Shown here in pieces: positions 1 to 9,389 of a stretch of DNA of 64,000 bases. The position numbers and the translations under genes are program-made. The stretch's first letter is position 1, and every line of letters starts with the position of its first letter. Origin of the DNA: an uncultured Clostridia bacterium (lineage in GTDB: Bacteria; Bacillota; DTU025; MWDF01); the NCBI GenBank assembly GCA_964577435.1, contig CAZNZD010000001.1:7247-71246 (forward strand). The letters are read 5' to 3'. The notes below the pieces were generated by a model. That model was not told the origin of the DNA and searched no databases. It was given only the letters and a program-made list of their open reading frames with translations.

Positions 1-580
1 TGACCGGCATGATCGCATGTTTCGCGACACTCGCGATCATCTCCCAGCTCATCATCTGAAGGCCCCGGTCCATCATGCCAAAGGGCGGCAGCCACCTCAG
101 AGTGAAGCCGAAGATGAGGATGAGCACCATGGCAAACCAGAAGCTGGGTATGGCGGTCATGACGATAGCCGCTGACAGCAGGGCGGAGTCGGCGAAGCGG
201 CCCCTCCTCCAAGCGGCATATGACCCATATAGTATCCCGCCCAGTATGGATATGAGCTTAGCCGAGACGGTCAGCACCAAAGTCCAGGGAATCTTGCCGG
301 CAATTACATCTATCACCGGCCTTCGGTAGGCGAACGACACGCCTAGGTTTCCCTTGGCCAGCTCCTTCAAGTATACGAAGAACTGCTCGATTAGCGGCTT
401 ATCTAGGCCATACTGCGCCCTTATCTCCTGCTTCATCTCGGGGCTTAGCCTCGGGTCCTCCACAAGGTGCTTGGCGGGGTCTCCCGACACCACCCTGGGG
501 AGGAAGAAGTTCAGGGTCAGCACTATGGCCATGATAAGGGCCATCTGTGCGAGCCGTTTCACGAAATAGGCTAAGCTCAT
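1..580 (-). CDS. ABC transporter permease (DppB/OppB-like), 3' part runs off window start
   Basis: Minus-strand frame is open from ATG at 580 (GGAGGG 3 nt upstream; alternative GTG at 562) to the window edge. The translation MSLAYFVKRLAQMALIMAIVLTLNFFLPRVVSGDPAKHLV... is a typical N-terminus of a peptide ABC permease. It lies 16 bp downstream of the SBP gene stop. It is absent from the ORF table because it is edge-truncated. Confidence 0.7.
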   Translation of the reverse strand, partial: MSLAYFVKRLAQMALIMAIVLTLNFFLPRVVSGDPAKHLVEDPRLSPEMKQEIRAQYGLDKPLIEQFFVYLKELAKGNLGVSFAYRRPVIDVIAGKIPWTLVLTVSAKLISILGGILYGSYAAWRRGRFADSALLSAAIVMTAIPSFWFAMVLILIFGFTLRWLPPFGMMDRGLQMMSWEMIASVAKHAIMPV

Positions 581-595
581 CTGCCCTCCTGAATG

Positions 596-2200
596 CTACT
601 TGACCGGCGTGAGGTTGCGCATGGTGTGGGAGTTGAGGATTGTCAGACCCTCCACGCTGGTCCACCCCTTGAACCTGTCGTCCCTGTAGAGCGATATGTT
701 ATAAGCTGCGTATATGGGAACCTGATAATAGGCGCCCGCCACTATCTCCTGCAGCCTTCGAAGCTGGGCAAACTGCTTATCCTCGTCGTTTTCCGAGCGC
801 ATCGCGGTTGAGACCTCGTCGAACTCGGCGTCCTTGAAGCCGCCGTAGTTGAAGCCCGAGACCCTTCCCTCGCCGAGCTCTCCTCTGGAGGAGTGGAAGT
901 AGTAAAAGTACATGTCCCTGGGCTCGGAAAAGCCCATGGAGGTAAGCCCGAGGTCGAACTGCCCTCCCTTGTACTCGTTTAAGAGAGCGTCCGCCGTCAT
1001 CGGGGTGTGCACGGCGTTTATGCCGATGCTCCTTAACCCGTATGCGAGATACTCCGCAGTTGTCATCGAGGTTCCTGCGTTCGGGCATAGCAGCGACACC
1101 TTAAGCTTCTTTCCGTCAGGCATCTCCAGGAATTTGTCATTGTCCACGTCCTTGTAGCCCGCATCCGCCAGGAGCTTCTTGGCCGCGGCAAGGTCCGCCT
1201 TGATCGGCTTGATCGCCTTGTTCGCCCACTCGACGAAGGGCATGACAAGCGACGGGCTCGCAACTGTCCCGTATCCCATAAGCACGGTCTTGATGAGCTT
1301 CTCGGAATCGATGCTGAGCGCAACCGCCTTCCTGAAGCTTATGTCGCTGAACGGGGCCTTCCTCAAATTGAACATGAGCGTAGTGATGGATGTGGTGTTG
1401 TTCACGTCCACCTTCACACTCTTATACTGCCCGGGATTGCTCTTGATATCCTCGGCGATCTGAGGCGGGATCCTGTCGTCGAAGAAGTCGAAGGCTCCGT
1501 CTCTTAGCGAAAGTATGCCCATGGTCTGGTCCCTTACCACGATGAGCTCCATCGTATCGAAATTGTACTTCCTGGTGGGGTGGTCCTTCCTCACCTCCAT
1601 CACGATGTACTGGCCGTCCACCTTCTCCTTGAGCACCATGGGTCCCGACCCTACTGGATTCAGGTTCGCAAAGGCCCTCGGCTGCTTGATGGCCGACCAT
1701 ATGTGCTCGGGGATGATCAGGATGGCCGTTCCCGCGAAGCGCAGGTTGGACACCGCCGGCGTAGTGAAGGTCATGTCGAAGGACTTGTCGTCCACCTTCT
1801 TGACCGATTTGAACGTGGCAAGAATCGCCATCTGGCCCGGGAACTTGTTCTTCATGATCATCTCATAGGTGTAGACCACGTCCTCGACCCTGAGGGGTTT
1901 GCCGTCCGACCACTTGAAGTTGGGGTTAATTGTCATCCTCCAGGTATAGCTGTCCTTGGTCTCCCACTTGGACACTATGTTGCCCTTCAGCTTCTTCTCG
2001 ACCTCGTCGTAGTTGAACAGCGTATCATATATCTCCCCGGTGACAGTCGTCTCCGTCCCCTGGAAGCCGAAGTAGGGGTTCAGGTTCTTCGCGTCGGTAA
2101 GGACGCCAATCCTGAAAATCCGTGAATCGTCCTTGGCGGCTAAGGCTCCTGTTGTCATCAGTAAGCCGATGAGCAGCAGCGCCAGTGCGACGCGCCTCAT
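596..2200 (-). CDS. ABC transporter substrate-binding protein, family 5 (peptide/nickel, OppA/DppA-like)
   Basis: 534 aa with an N-terminal signal peptide (MRRVALALLLIGLLMTTGALAA). Overall family-5 SBP architecture. Followed by a permease gene. Stop codon is TAG. Confidence 0.85.
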   Translation of the reverse strand: MRRVALALLLIGLLMTTGALAAKDDSRIFRIGVLTDAKNLNPYFGFQGTETTVTGEIYDTLFNYDEVEKKLKGNIVSKWETKDSYTWRMTINPNFKWSDGKPLRVEDVVYTYEMIMKNKFPGQMAILATFKSVKKVDDKSFDMTFTTPAVSNLRFAGTAILIIPEHIWSAIKQPRAFANLNPVGSGPMVLKEKVDGQYIVMEVRKDHPTRKYNFDTMELIVVRDQTMGILSLRDGAFDFFDDRIPPQIAEDIKSNPGQYKSVKVDVNNTTSITTLMFNLRKAPFSDISFRKAVALSIDSEKLIKTVLMGYGTVASPSLVMPFVEWANKAIKPIKADLAAAKKLLADAGYKDVDNDKFLEMPDGKKLKVSLLCPNAGTSMTTAEYLAYGLRSIGINAVHTPMTADALLNEYKGGQFDLGLTSMGFSEPRDMYFYYFHSSRGELGEGRVSGFNYGGFKDAEFDEVSTAMRSENDEDKQFAQLRRLQEIVAGAYYQVPIYAAYNISLYRDDRFKGWTSVEGLTILNSHTMRNLTPVK

Positions 2201-2224
2201 GATAACACCTCCCTGGGGGTTGGC

Positions 2225-2860
2225 TCAGTCCTTTATCGTCTCCGCCTTCGTGCCGAATCCCGACTTAGTGGCCGAGTTGTCGAATATCTCCTCTATGTGG
2301 ACGATGTACACCGGCCTTGATTCCCATCGCTCGGGATGCGGCTGGTGGTATACATCGTGCTGTGCGTTGACGAGCTTATGCAGGATTCCATCGTGCACGA
2401 TCTCGATTTTTCCCCTCACCTCGTAATGGATCACCGGGGGTTCGAAGAAGCTCAGCGTCACGGCATTTCCCGCGTTGAAGTTCTCCCAACTGTGCTTCTT
2501 GGCAAGCTCCATGGAGCTCATCACCGTGAAATCTATCCTCTTCTCGCAGCCCTCTCCGTACAGAAGGTCAACAAGCAGCTTAAGGCCATCGTCGCTGTAG
2601 CCTTCCCTCCAGCCGGATTCGATGTGCTTGAGGTAGGCATCCAGGGTCTCCTGCATGTATTCCTTCCTGGGAAGCCAGCCTATGCCCTTGACCGAGGCAT
2701 TAAGGCCTGCAGGGCCGTCGGATATGAATGTGGGGCAATGGGTGGTGAAGCTTAGGAACATCTTCGAAGGGTCTACCTTCTCGCCCGACGCGAGCCTTCT
2801 TACCATGTCGGCCCTCTTTCCGTAGGCCCATTTGTAGAAACTGGACGGCATATCCATCAT
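2225..2860 (-). CDS. hypothetical cytoplasmic protein
   Basis: Long ORF with no recognisable motifs. Start chosen at the ATG with GGAGG 8 nt upstream; the table ORF extends to 3028 but has no RBS there. Confidence 0.45.
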   Translation of the reverse strand: MMDMPSSFYKWAYGKRADMVRRLASGEKVDPSKMFLSFTTHCPTFISDGPAGLNASVKGIGWLPRKEYMQETLDAYLKHIESGWREGYSDDGLKLLVDLLYGEGCEKRIDFTVMSSMELAKKHSWENFNAGNAVTLSFFEPPVIHYEVRGKIEIVHDGILHKLVNAQHDVYHQPHPERWESRPVYIVHIEEIFDNSATKSGFGTKAETIKD

Positions 2861-3121
2861 GTGAAAAACCTCCATCCGAGCGTGGGTTCGATGCAAATAG
2901 CTAATATGGCCTGTACTGGGGGACAATGCCGGACTCGGCGACGGTTCCCAGAACGGGCAGTCGGGAAACGATATGCCTTTTTTTTCACCTGAGGGCTTGT
3001 AGACGGCTTCCGCAGTAGTGACAGACAAGTCGCCCAGACCCGCAGATTGGATGATCTGATGACTGCCGGGGCTAGAGACAAGCCAAGCCCCGCAATCCCG
3101 GCTTTGTTGAGCGAATAAGCC

Positions 3122-3718
3122 CTACTGCTGCTTAAGCTCGAAGAACCTCATGTCGGTCCTTGGTGTGCCGTCGTCGTTTAGCATGGGCTCGTTCAGGTAA
3201 TAGTAGATGTTGAGCACTCCGCCCTGGCCGGTCTTCAGCCTCACTCCGGCAAGCACGCCTTCCACCAGCATGTAGTAGATCTCGCCGCGGTACTGTCCCA
3301 TGATCTTCCCGTAGATCTCATCCATCAGCTTGTTGTAAGCTGTGGCAAGCTTCTCAGCGGAAAGGCCGGTGGCAGCGCTTAAGACCATGCCGTGGTCGTC
3401 GCCGTATGAGTACCAGTCATAGGTCATGAAGTCATTCATGCTTATGGCATACTCGGTCTGGACGCAAGCCAGCTTATCACCTTCGTAGGCGAGCCTAAGG
3501 AGCACTGCGGCCTTGTCGCGGGGTATGCTGGTCTCGACGCTCTTCCAGCCTCCCACAGGAGTACTTTCGGTGAACGTTACCCCCACGATGTTCGCAATGG
3601 TAGCCTGGGCAGCCACGAAAGTTACCGGCAGCTCCGCATTCATCTTGAATGCCATGGCTGATGCGGACAAAGCAAGGATTGCCATAAGTGCCGCAATTAC
3701 TGTGAATGACCTTCTCAT
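3122..3718 (-). CDS. secreted hypothetical protein (signal peptide)
   Basis: 198 aa. The N-terminal region MRRSFTVIAALMAILALSASAMA is a classic Sec signal. No known motif. Confidence 0.55.
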   Translation of the reverse strand: MRRSFTVIAALMAILALSASAMAFKMNAELPVTFVAAQATIANIVGVTFTESTPVGGWKSVETSIPRDKAAVLLRLAYEGDKLACVQTEYAISMNDFMTYDWYSYGDDHGMVLSAATGLSAEKLATAYNKLMDEIYGKIMGQYRGEIYYMLVEGVLAGVRLKTGQGGVLNIYYYLNEPMLNDDGTPRTDMRFFELKQQ

Positions 3719-4269
3719 CGTCTTCTGCCTCCCTGTATCGAATATGCATTAGGGGCGCATTTGCCCCGGTTGCGCTTTCCCGAAGGGGCATCTCCTCCAC
3801 ATTAAGCCTTCCTACGCCGCCCAGCAGGATGCGGTTTGTCAAATTCTCCTTAAGTAATTCTATGAGTGGCTGCACTGTCCTTCCGGCTTTCGTTGTTTTT
3901 TAAGCATAATTTTGCAATTTCTTGTCAGCCTGGGGGGTTCGCCCTAGCTGAAAGGCAATATCCTGCAAGCAGCCTATTATATGCAATAGTGCTCCAATTG
4001 GCCGTCCGTCCCCCTACGCTGTTTCTCATCTTATCCGACGAGACTCCTTGATTGCTGTTACGGGGAAGGCCATGTCAGGCTTATGCGCCCAGCAGTCCCG
4101 GGTACTGCCCCCCAGGCTTCTGCACACAACTTACATCCTCTGCCTGTTTAGGAATCACACTTGGCGTGCGCTAAGGGCCCTCTTCAGGCATTCATGCACT
4201 GCTGCATATTCTGCCTTCTTCAATAATTGATGCATCACATCGCATTAGCGTGTTAAAATATCTATCAAT

Positions 4270-4298
4270 ATACGCACATGTAGAAACAATATGCGTAT
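4270..4298. promoter_or_regulatory. inverted repeat ATACGCAcAT-N9-ATaTGCGTAT immediately upstream of the SBP RBS
   Basis: Arms of 10 bp with one mismatch, ending 3 bp before the GAGGAGGG RBS of the 4313 gene. Candidate operator or translational control element. Confidence 0.3.
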
Positions 4299-4312
4299 CG
4301 AGGAGGGCGGCA

Positions 4313-5890
4313 ATGAAGAGGACGTTAACGGCATTAGCACTTAGCCTGCTGCTCATAGCTGCGTTCGGCGCCACCGTACTGGGCGCTACACCGGTGAAGG
4401 GCGGAACACTAAAAGTCGCAGTCACCAGCATACAGCAGCTCGGGCTGTACAAATCGGCCAGCAACGATGAGAATGACGCGACCAGCCTTATCTTCGACCA
4501 GCTTTTCATCATCGGCAAGAACGATTTCAAACCGGTGCCGCACCTGGCGGAAAGCTGGAGCAACCCTGACCCTCTGACATGGGTCTTCAAGCTCCGCAAG
4601 GGGACGATGTTCCATGACGACAACGCTGTATTCCCCAAGGGCAAGAGCCGCGAAGTCACCGCGGACGACGTCGTATACTCGGTCAACAGGATGATAAAGA
4701 ACTCCACATCCTTCGTGCTGGGCCCCATCACCAGCGTTAAGGCCCTCGACCGCTATACTGTGGAGATAAAGACCGAGACCCCGCAGCCTTTCCTCGTAAA
4801 CGATTCCAACAGGCTTGCCAGGATGTCCGTAGTTCCCAAGGAGGCTATAGACAAGCTTGGAGAAGACGGTTTCGCAAAGACCCCCATAGGTAGCGGCCCG
4901 TTTAAGTTCAAGAGCTTCTCCCCCGATTCGGGTCTTCTTATCGTAAGAAACGAGCTCTACTGGCTCCCCGTGTACCTTGATGCGGTAGAGTTCGTCACCA
5001 TACCGGACCCCGCGGTACAAACATTGGCCCTGCAGTCTGGGGAAGTGCATGTGGTGAAGCACCTGTTCAACCTGGAAGTCGCCCAGACTTTCGAGAAGAA
5101 CCCGAACTTCAACCTCTATTCCAGGGGTGGATCCTACCGCGGCCTCGGCTTTAATGTGACGGTGCCCCCTTATGACAACTGGGAAGTTCGTGACGCCATC
5201 TCCAAGCTGCTTGACATCGATTCAGCCTTCAAGGCCGTAATCGGTGCGCACGGAGAGCGCGCATACGGCCAGTGCCCCCCGTGGGTCCCCCATGGTTACG
5301 ACCCGACGTTGAAATCCCTCTGGAGCTATGATCCCGCGGCAGGGCTTAAGCTCCTTGAAAAGAACGGCTTCAAGGACACCAACAGCGACGGCTTCCTGGA
5401 GTGGAACGGCAAACCCTTCAAGGTCGAGATAAAGACGCTTGCTGGCTCGCAGGTGAAGGTCCTTACGATTCTTGCTACGCAGTTGAGGGAGAAGGGCATC
5501 AACGCCGGAGTCCTCCAGCAGGATACGGCGGTTTGGGCTGACGACCTCGTGCAGGGTAAAACGACCTTGTTCTTCGATTACAGCTTCGCGGGGACCACAG
5601 GCTTCCACTCGCTCTTCCACAGCTCAATGATCGGCAAGTCCAACACTCACTACTTCAAGAACGCTGAAGTGGACAAGCTCCTGGACGAAGCGCTTACCAA
5701 GACGAACTTCAACGAGCTCTCCACACTGTGGAAGAAGGCGCAGAAGATAGTGTTCGAACAGAGGGCAGGCATCCCGATGTACTTCGAATGGAGCTACATG
5801 ATAGCCAACAAGAAGGTGAACGACATTGTCCCGCCGTGGGGCGGCTTCAACCTCGTGACCATAGAGAACAACGTCTGGCTCAGCAAGTAG
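4313..5890 (+). CDS. ABC transporter substrate-binding protein, family 5 (oligopeptide/dipeptide)
   Basis: Start at MKRTLTALALSLLLIAAFGATVLG (signal peptide) with GAGGG RBS. Family-5 SBP architecture. Stop codon is TAG. Confidence 0.85.
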   Translation: MKRTLTALALSLLLIAAFGATVLGATPVKGGTLKVAVTSIQQLGLYKSASNDENDATSLIFDQLFIIGKNDFKPVPHLAESWSNPDPLTWVFKLRKGTMFHDDNAVFPKGKSREVTADDVVYSVNRMIKNSTSFVLGPITSVKALDRYTVEIKTETPQPFLVNDSNRLARMSVVPKEAIDKLGEDGFAKTPIGSGPFKFKSFSPDSGLLIVRNELYWLPVYLDAVEFVTIPDPAVQTLALQSGEVHVVKHLFNLEVAQTFEKNPNFNLYSRGGSYRGLGFNVTVPPYDNWEVRDAISKLLDIDSAFKAVIGAHGERAYGQCPPWVPHGYDPTLKSLWSYDPAAGLKLLEKNGFKDTNSDGFLEWNGKPFKVEIKTLAGSQVKVLTILATQLREKGINAGVLQQDTAVWADDLVQGKTTLFFDYSFAGTTGFHSLFHSSMIGKSNTHYFKNAEVDKLLDEALTKTNFNELSTLWKKAQKIVFEQRAGIPMYFEWSYMIANKKVNDIVPPWGGFNLVTIENNVWLSK

Positions 5891-5914
5891 GCTCAAGCCA
5901 GGGCAGCTCATTAA

Positions 5915-5942
5915 GGCCGGGCCCTGTGAAAAGGGCCCGGCC
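5915..5942 (+). promoter_or_regulatory. perfect 10-bp stem hairpin (GGCCGGGCCC-N8-GGGCCCGGCC) between SBP and permease
   Basis: Seen directly in the sequence. No U-tract follows. Typical intra-operon attenuator or mRNA stabiliser that raises SBP:permease stoichiometry. Confidence 0.4.
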
Positions 5943-5964
5943 AATCATGAAATAGGGGTTTGAA

Positions 5965-6912
5965 GTGGGCAAATATCTTATTAGGCGCATCTTGATAACC
6001 ATACCCGTGCTTTTCGGCATAACTTTCATAGTTTTCGCCATGGTGTCCTTCGCTCCGGGAAGTGCAATAAGCCTTATGCTCAGCAACGAGAACGTAAACG
6101 TCGCAAACGTCGACACTCTCGCCGAGGAGCTTGGGCTGGAGCTTCCGTGGTACCAGCAGTACGCGAAGTACATGGGCAGGCTCCTTAAAGGCGACATGGG
6201 GCGCTCCATCCAGTACAACAGGCCCGTCGGCGAGATGATATGGGAGAAAGTGGGGAACACTGTCCTGCTGTCAGTAAGCGCGATGCTTGTCGCGGTCCTC
6301 ATATCCATACCTCTCGGGGTTCTGGCTGCGGCGAAGCGGCGGTCGGCCATCGACTACCTTGCGACCGGCTTAGCCCTCGTCGGAGTTTCCATCCCCGGAT
6401 TCTACCTTAGCCTTATTCTCATAATCGTCTTCGGGCTCAAGCTCGGCTGGCTGCCGATAAGGGGCCTGCCCAGCTACGATGTGACCTTCGTGAAGATGGT
6501 GAGGCACCTTACCCTTCCTTCAATCGCCCTAGGGTCGATGCTGTCGGGCGTGCTGACTCGCCTGACAAGGGCATCCGTGCTGGAGGCGATGTCCCAGGAT
6601 TACGTAAGGACGGCAAGGTCGAAGGGGCTTTCGCAGACTTCGGTGCTGTTCAAGCATGCCTTGAGAAATGCGCTGCTACCAGTGCTTACGACGATTGGCA
6701 TGCAGTTCGGCTCCCTTCTCGGAGGCGCGGTGATAATTGAGACAATATTCTCGCTTCCCGGCCTGGGGATGCTTTCGATGAACGCAGTGAAATTCAGGGA
6801 CATACCGCTGATCCAGGGGACGGTGCTTGTGTTCGCAGTGGCATTCGTAATCGTCCAGCTGATAGTGGATATGCTGTATGTGCTGGTTGACCCGAGGATC
6901 AGATATGAGTGA
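5965..6912 (+). CDS. ABC transporter permease (DppB/OppB-like)
   Basis: GTG start. 315 aa polytopic membrane protein carrying an EAA-loop region characteristic of peptide permeases. Confidence 0.85.
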   Translation: MGKYLIRRILITIPVLFGITFIVFAMVSFAPGSAISLMLSNENVNVANVDTLAEELGLELPWYQQYAKYMGRLLKGDMGRSIQYNRPVGEMIWEKVGNTVLLSVSAMLVAVLISIPLGVLAAAKRRSAIDYLATGLALVGVSIPGFYLSLILIIVFGLKLGWLPIRGLPSYDVTFVKMVRHLTLPSIALGSMLSGVLTRLTRASVLEAMSQDYVRTARSKGLSQTSVLFKHALRNALLPVLTTIGMQFGSLLGGAVIIETIFSLPGLGMLSMNAVKFRDIPLIQGTVLVFAVAFVIVQLIVDMLYVLVDPRIRYE

Positions 6913-7786
6913 GAAGATCGGCGGCAAGGTATCGTTGCTACGGAAGAACAGGGTAATCAGGTCCTTCGCGAGGCATAAGCTTGGCTTGCTGGGGGTGTTC
7001 ATGCTGCTGGGGTTCGTGCTCATAGCTGCCCTGGCGCCTGTCATCATCCCCGCGGACCCTTACACGATGAAGCTGGAGGAGCCCTTCCTGCCCCTAGGAA
7101 GCCAAGGGCATCCTCTGGGCACGGACAATTTCGGAAGGGATATGCTCGCAAGGCTGGCTTATGGGGCGAGGATCTCCCTTCTAATAGGCATAGTGGTAGT
7201 CTCGGTGGCGGCAGTGCTGGGGACCGTGCTGGGCCTTCTGGCAGGCTACTACGGCGGCTGGGCAGACTTCGCGGTCATGAGGCTTGTGGAGGTGTTCCAT
7301 TCTTTCCCCTTCCTCATACTTGTTATAGCGGTCATGGCAATACTCGGTCCCAGCATATTCAACGTGATGTGGGTGCTGGGCGTGGTCAGCTGGCCGTCTT
7401 ATGCAAGGATAGTGCGCGCCCAGGTGCTTTCCCTCAAATCACAGGACTTCGTATCGGCCGCAAAGGCGACAGGCTGCGGGGATGCCAGGATAATCTTCCG
7501 GCATATCCTGCCCAACACTCTGACTCCGATAATCGTTCAGGCGACCCTAGGGATTCCAGGTGCCATACTCTCGTCTGCGAGCCTGGGTTTCCTAGGGTTC
7601 GGTGTGCAGCCCCCCACCCCTGAATGGGGCTCCATGGTATCTGAGGGTAAGGACTTCATAATGCTCAACTCTAACCTGATCATATGGCCGGGCCTGTGCA
7701 TCTTCATGGTGGTCCTTAGCTTCAATTTCATCGGGGATGCGCTGAGGGACACCCTTGACCCAAGGCTTGCAAGGGAGCTTAAATAG
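6905..7786 (+). CDS. ABC transporter permease (DppC/OppC-like)
   Basis: Start MSEKIGG overlaps the upstream stop (ATGAGTGA). N-terminal extension plus six TM helices, typical of OppC/DppC. Stop codon is TAG. Confidence 0.85.
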   Translation: MSEKIGGKVSLLRKNRVIRSFARHKLGLLGVFMLLGFVLIAALAPVIIPADPYTMKLEEPFLPLGSQGHPLGTDNFGRDMLARLAYGARISLLIGIVVVSVAAVLGTVLGLLAGYYGGWADFAVMRLVEVFHSFPFLILVIAVMAILGPSIFNVMWVLGVVSWPSYARIVRAQVLSLKSQDFVSAAKATGCGDARIIFRHILPNTLTPIIVQATLGIPGAILSSASLGFLGFGVQPPTPEWGSMVSEGKDFIMLNSNLIIWPGLCIFMVVLSFNFIGDALRDTLDPRLARELK

Positions 7787-7834
7787 GAAGCTTCGGCAGC
7801 GGCAGGAGCCGTGCCGATAGATGGAGGTAATCGG

Positions 7835-9184
7835 ATGACTATCGACGAACGGCTGGCCAAAGTGCCGGATTTCAAGGAATTCTACGGTGTCGACGAGCTC
7901 TACGGGCACGCAAGGCGGGTGGCCGAGCAGAATCCCGGCCTTTGCAGGCTCAGCTATGTTGGAAGCTCCAAGTCCGGCGAACGGATCCCGATGGTGAGCG
8001 TGGGCGACGGGCCGGAATCCATACTGCTTTTCGCCTCCCCGCACCCGAACGAGCCGATAGGCGCGATGATGGCATACTTCGTGCTGGACGAGGTCGTGTC
8101 GGACGCCTCCATGAGGACCGGGCGCACCTGGCATTTCATACCCTGCATAGACCCTGACGGAACCAGGCTCAACGAGGGCTGGTTCAAGGGCCCCTATACC
8201 ATCAAGAACTATGCAAAGCACTTCTATAGGCCCAAGGGTGACGACCAGGCTGAATGGACCTTCCCCATAGAGTACAAGACTTTCAAGTTCGACAAACCCA
8301 GCCCCGAGACGCGGGCGCTTATGAACGCAATCGAGACGACGAGGCCGTCTGTGATGTATTCGCTTCACAACGCAGGCTTCGGCGGGGCCTATTACTATAT
8401 ATCCTACCCGCTTGAGAAGGCATATCAGACATTCCACAAGCTGCCTCAAGAGAGGGGGCTCCCGCTGTCCTTAGGCGAGCCCGAGGTGCCATACTGCGAG
8501 CAGTACGCCCCGGCGATTTATCGAACGAACCTAGTGACGGATGCATATGACTATTACGAGAAATTCGGCAAGGGCGACCCGGCGCAGTACATGTTCGGAG
8601 GCGCCTCCAGCAGGGACTTCGCGGACAGGGTGAGCAAACCGTTCACTATCATCACCGAGGTGCCCTACTTCAAGTCCCCCAAGATAGGTGACCTTTCCAA
8701 GTGCGGCAGGAGCAGGAAGGAGATCATCCTTGCCGGTGTAGAGCGGTCGAGGCAGATGCTGTCCTTCGTCCAGTCAGTAATAGACGAGACCATATCCGAG
8801 GTTAAGGAGGGGGCAATCCTCAGGGATGCCGCCGCCAAGTTCGCGCTGACTCTCGCCAAGCAGCTTGAAGGCGAGACCAAGTGGGCGAACGAAGAACCAG
8901 GCATGGACGAGGAGGCGACCGTCGCTCAGGAAGCGGATGCGCTATACATAGGAGTCTTCTACAAGATGCTCATCGTCTCCATGTACAGAAGAGCGCTCGG
9001 CATGCAGATTGCCAAAGGCGCATCAGAGAAGCTGATGCAAGCTTACGCACAGCTCGATTTGGCAATTGACGGCTGGGCTGAGGAGATAGAGCGCGAGCTG
9101 AATTACGAGGTCGTCGCTATCAGGGACCTTGTGCAGATACAATACGGCGCGCTGCTGGCTGTACTTGAGGCTCTTGGGAAGTAG
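7835..9184 (+). CDS. M14-family zinc metallocarboxypeptidase-like protein, cytoplasmic (no signal peptide)
   Basis: Zn-ligand motif HPNEP (HxxE) and a second His in SLHNAGFGG. Start MTIDERL has GGAGGT 6 nt upstream. Translationally coupled to the permeases. Confidence 0.7.
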   Translation: MTIDERLAKVPDFKEFYGVDELYGHARRVAEQNPGLCRLSYVGSSKSGERIPMVSVGDGPESILLFASPHPNEPIGAMMAYFVLDEVVSDASMRTGRTWHFIPCIDPDGTRLNEGWFKGPYTIKNYAKHFYRPKGDDQAEWTFPIEYKTFKFDKPSPETRALMNAIETTRPSVMYSLHNAGFGGAYYYISYPLEKAYQTFHKLPQERGLPLSLGEPEVPYCEQYAPAIYRTNLVTDAYDYYEKFGKGDPAQYMFGGASSRDFADRVSKPFTIITEVPYFKSPKIGDLSKCGRSRKEIILAGVERSRQMLSFVQSVIDETISEVKEGAILRDAAAKFALTLAKQLEGETKWANEEPGMDEEATVAQEADALYIGVFYKMLIVSMYRRALGMQIAKGASEKLMQAYAQLDLAIDGWAEEIERELNYEVVAIRDLVQIQYGALLAVLEALGK

Positions 9185-9228
9185 CTTGTCAAATTGAGCC
9201 ACCCACGGTGAAGAAGTTCCGATTCTAA

Positions 9229-9265
9229 GGTTAAGGGTCAGTGCAACGGCATCTGGCCCTTAACC
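9229..9265 (+). terminator. possible terminator hairpin after the M14 gene
   Basis: GGTTAAGGG-N19-CCCTTAACC followed by ATTCTCCTT. Confidence 0.3.
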
Positions 9266-9389
9266 ATTCTCCTTAATTGGAGTCCAGTCCTATTCGGTGC
9301 TTTCTCCCTTGCAAGCCTTTTTGAAATCATAGGCGACTATTAGCGGCATAGGAACAACCGTCCTCAAGAAACCCCCTATAGGCGCGCTC

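Noticed and set aside
7592-8449. 285-aa minus-strand ORF antisense to the M14 peptidase gene
   Set aside because: Arg/His/Pro-rich low-complexity translation with no motifs. The sense strand has clear M14 zinc-ligand motifs, so this is a high-GC antisense open frame.
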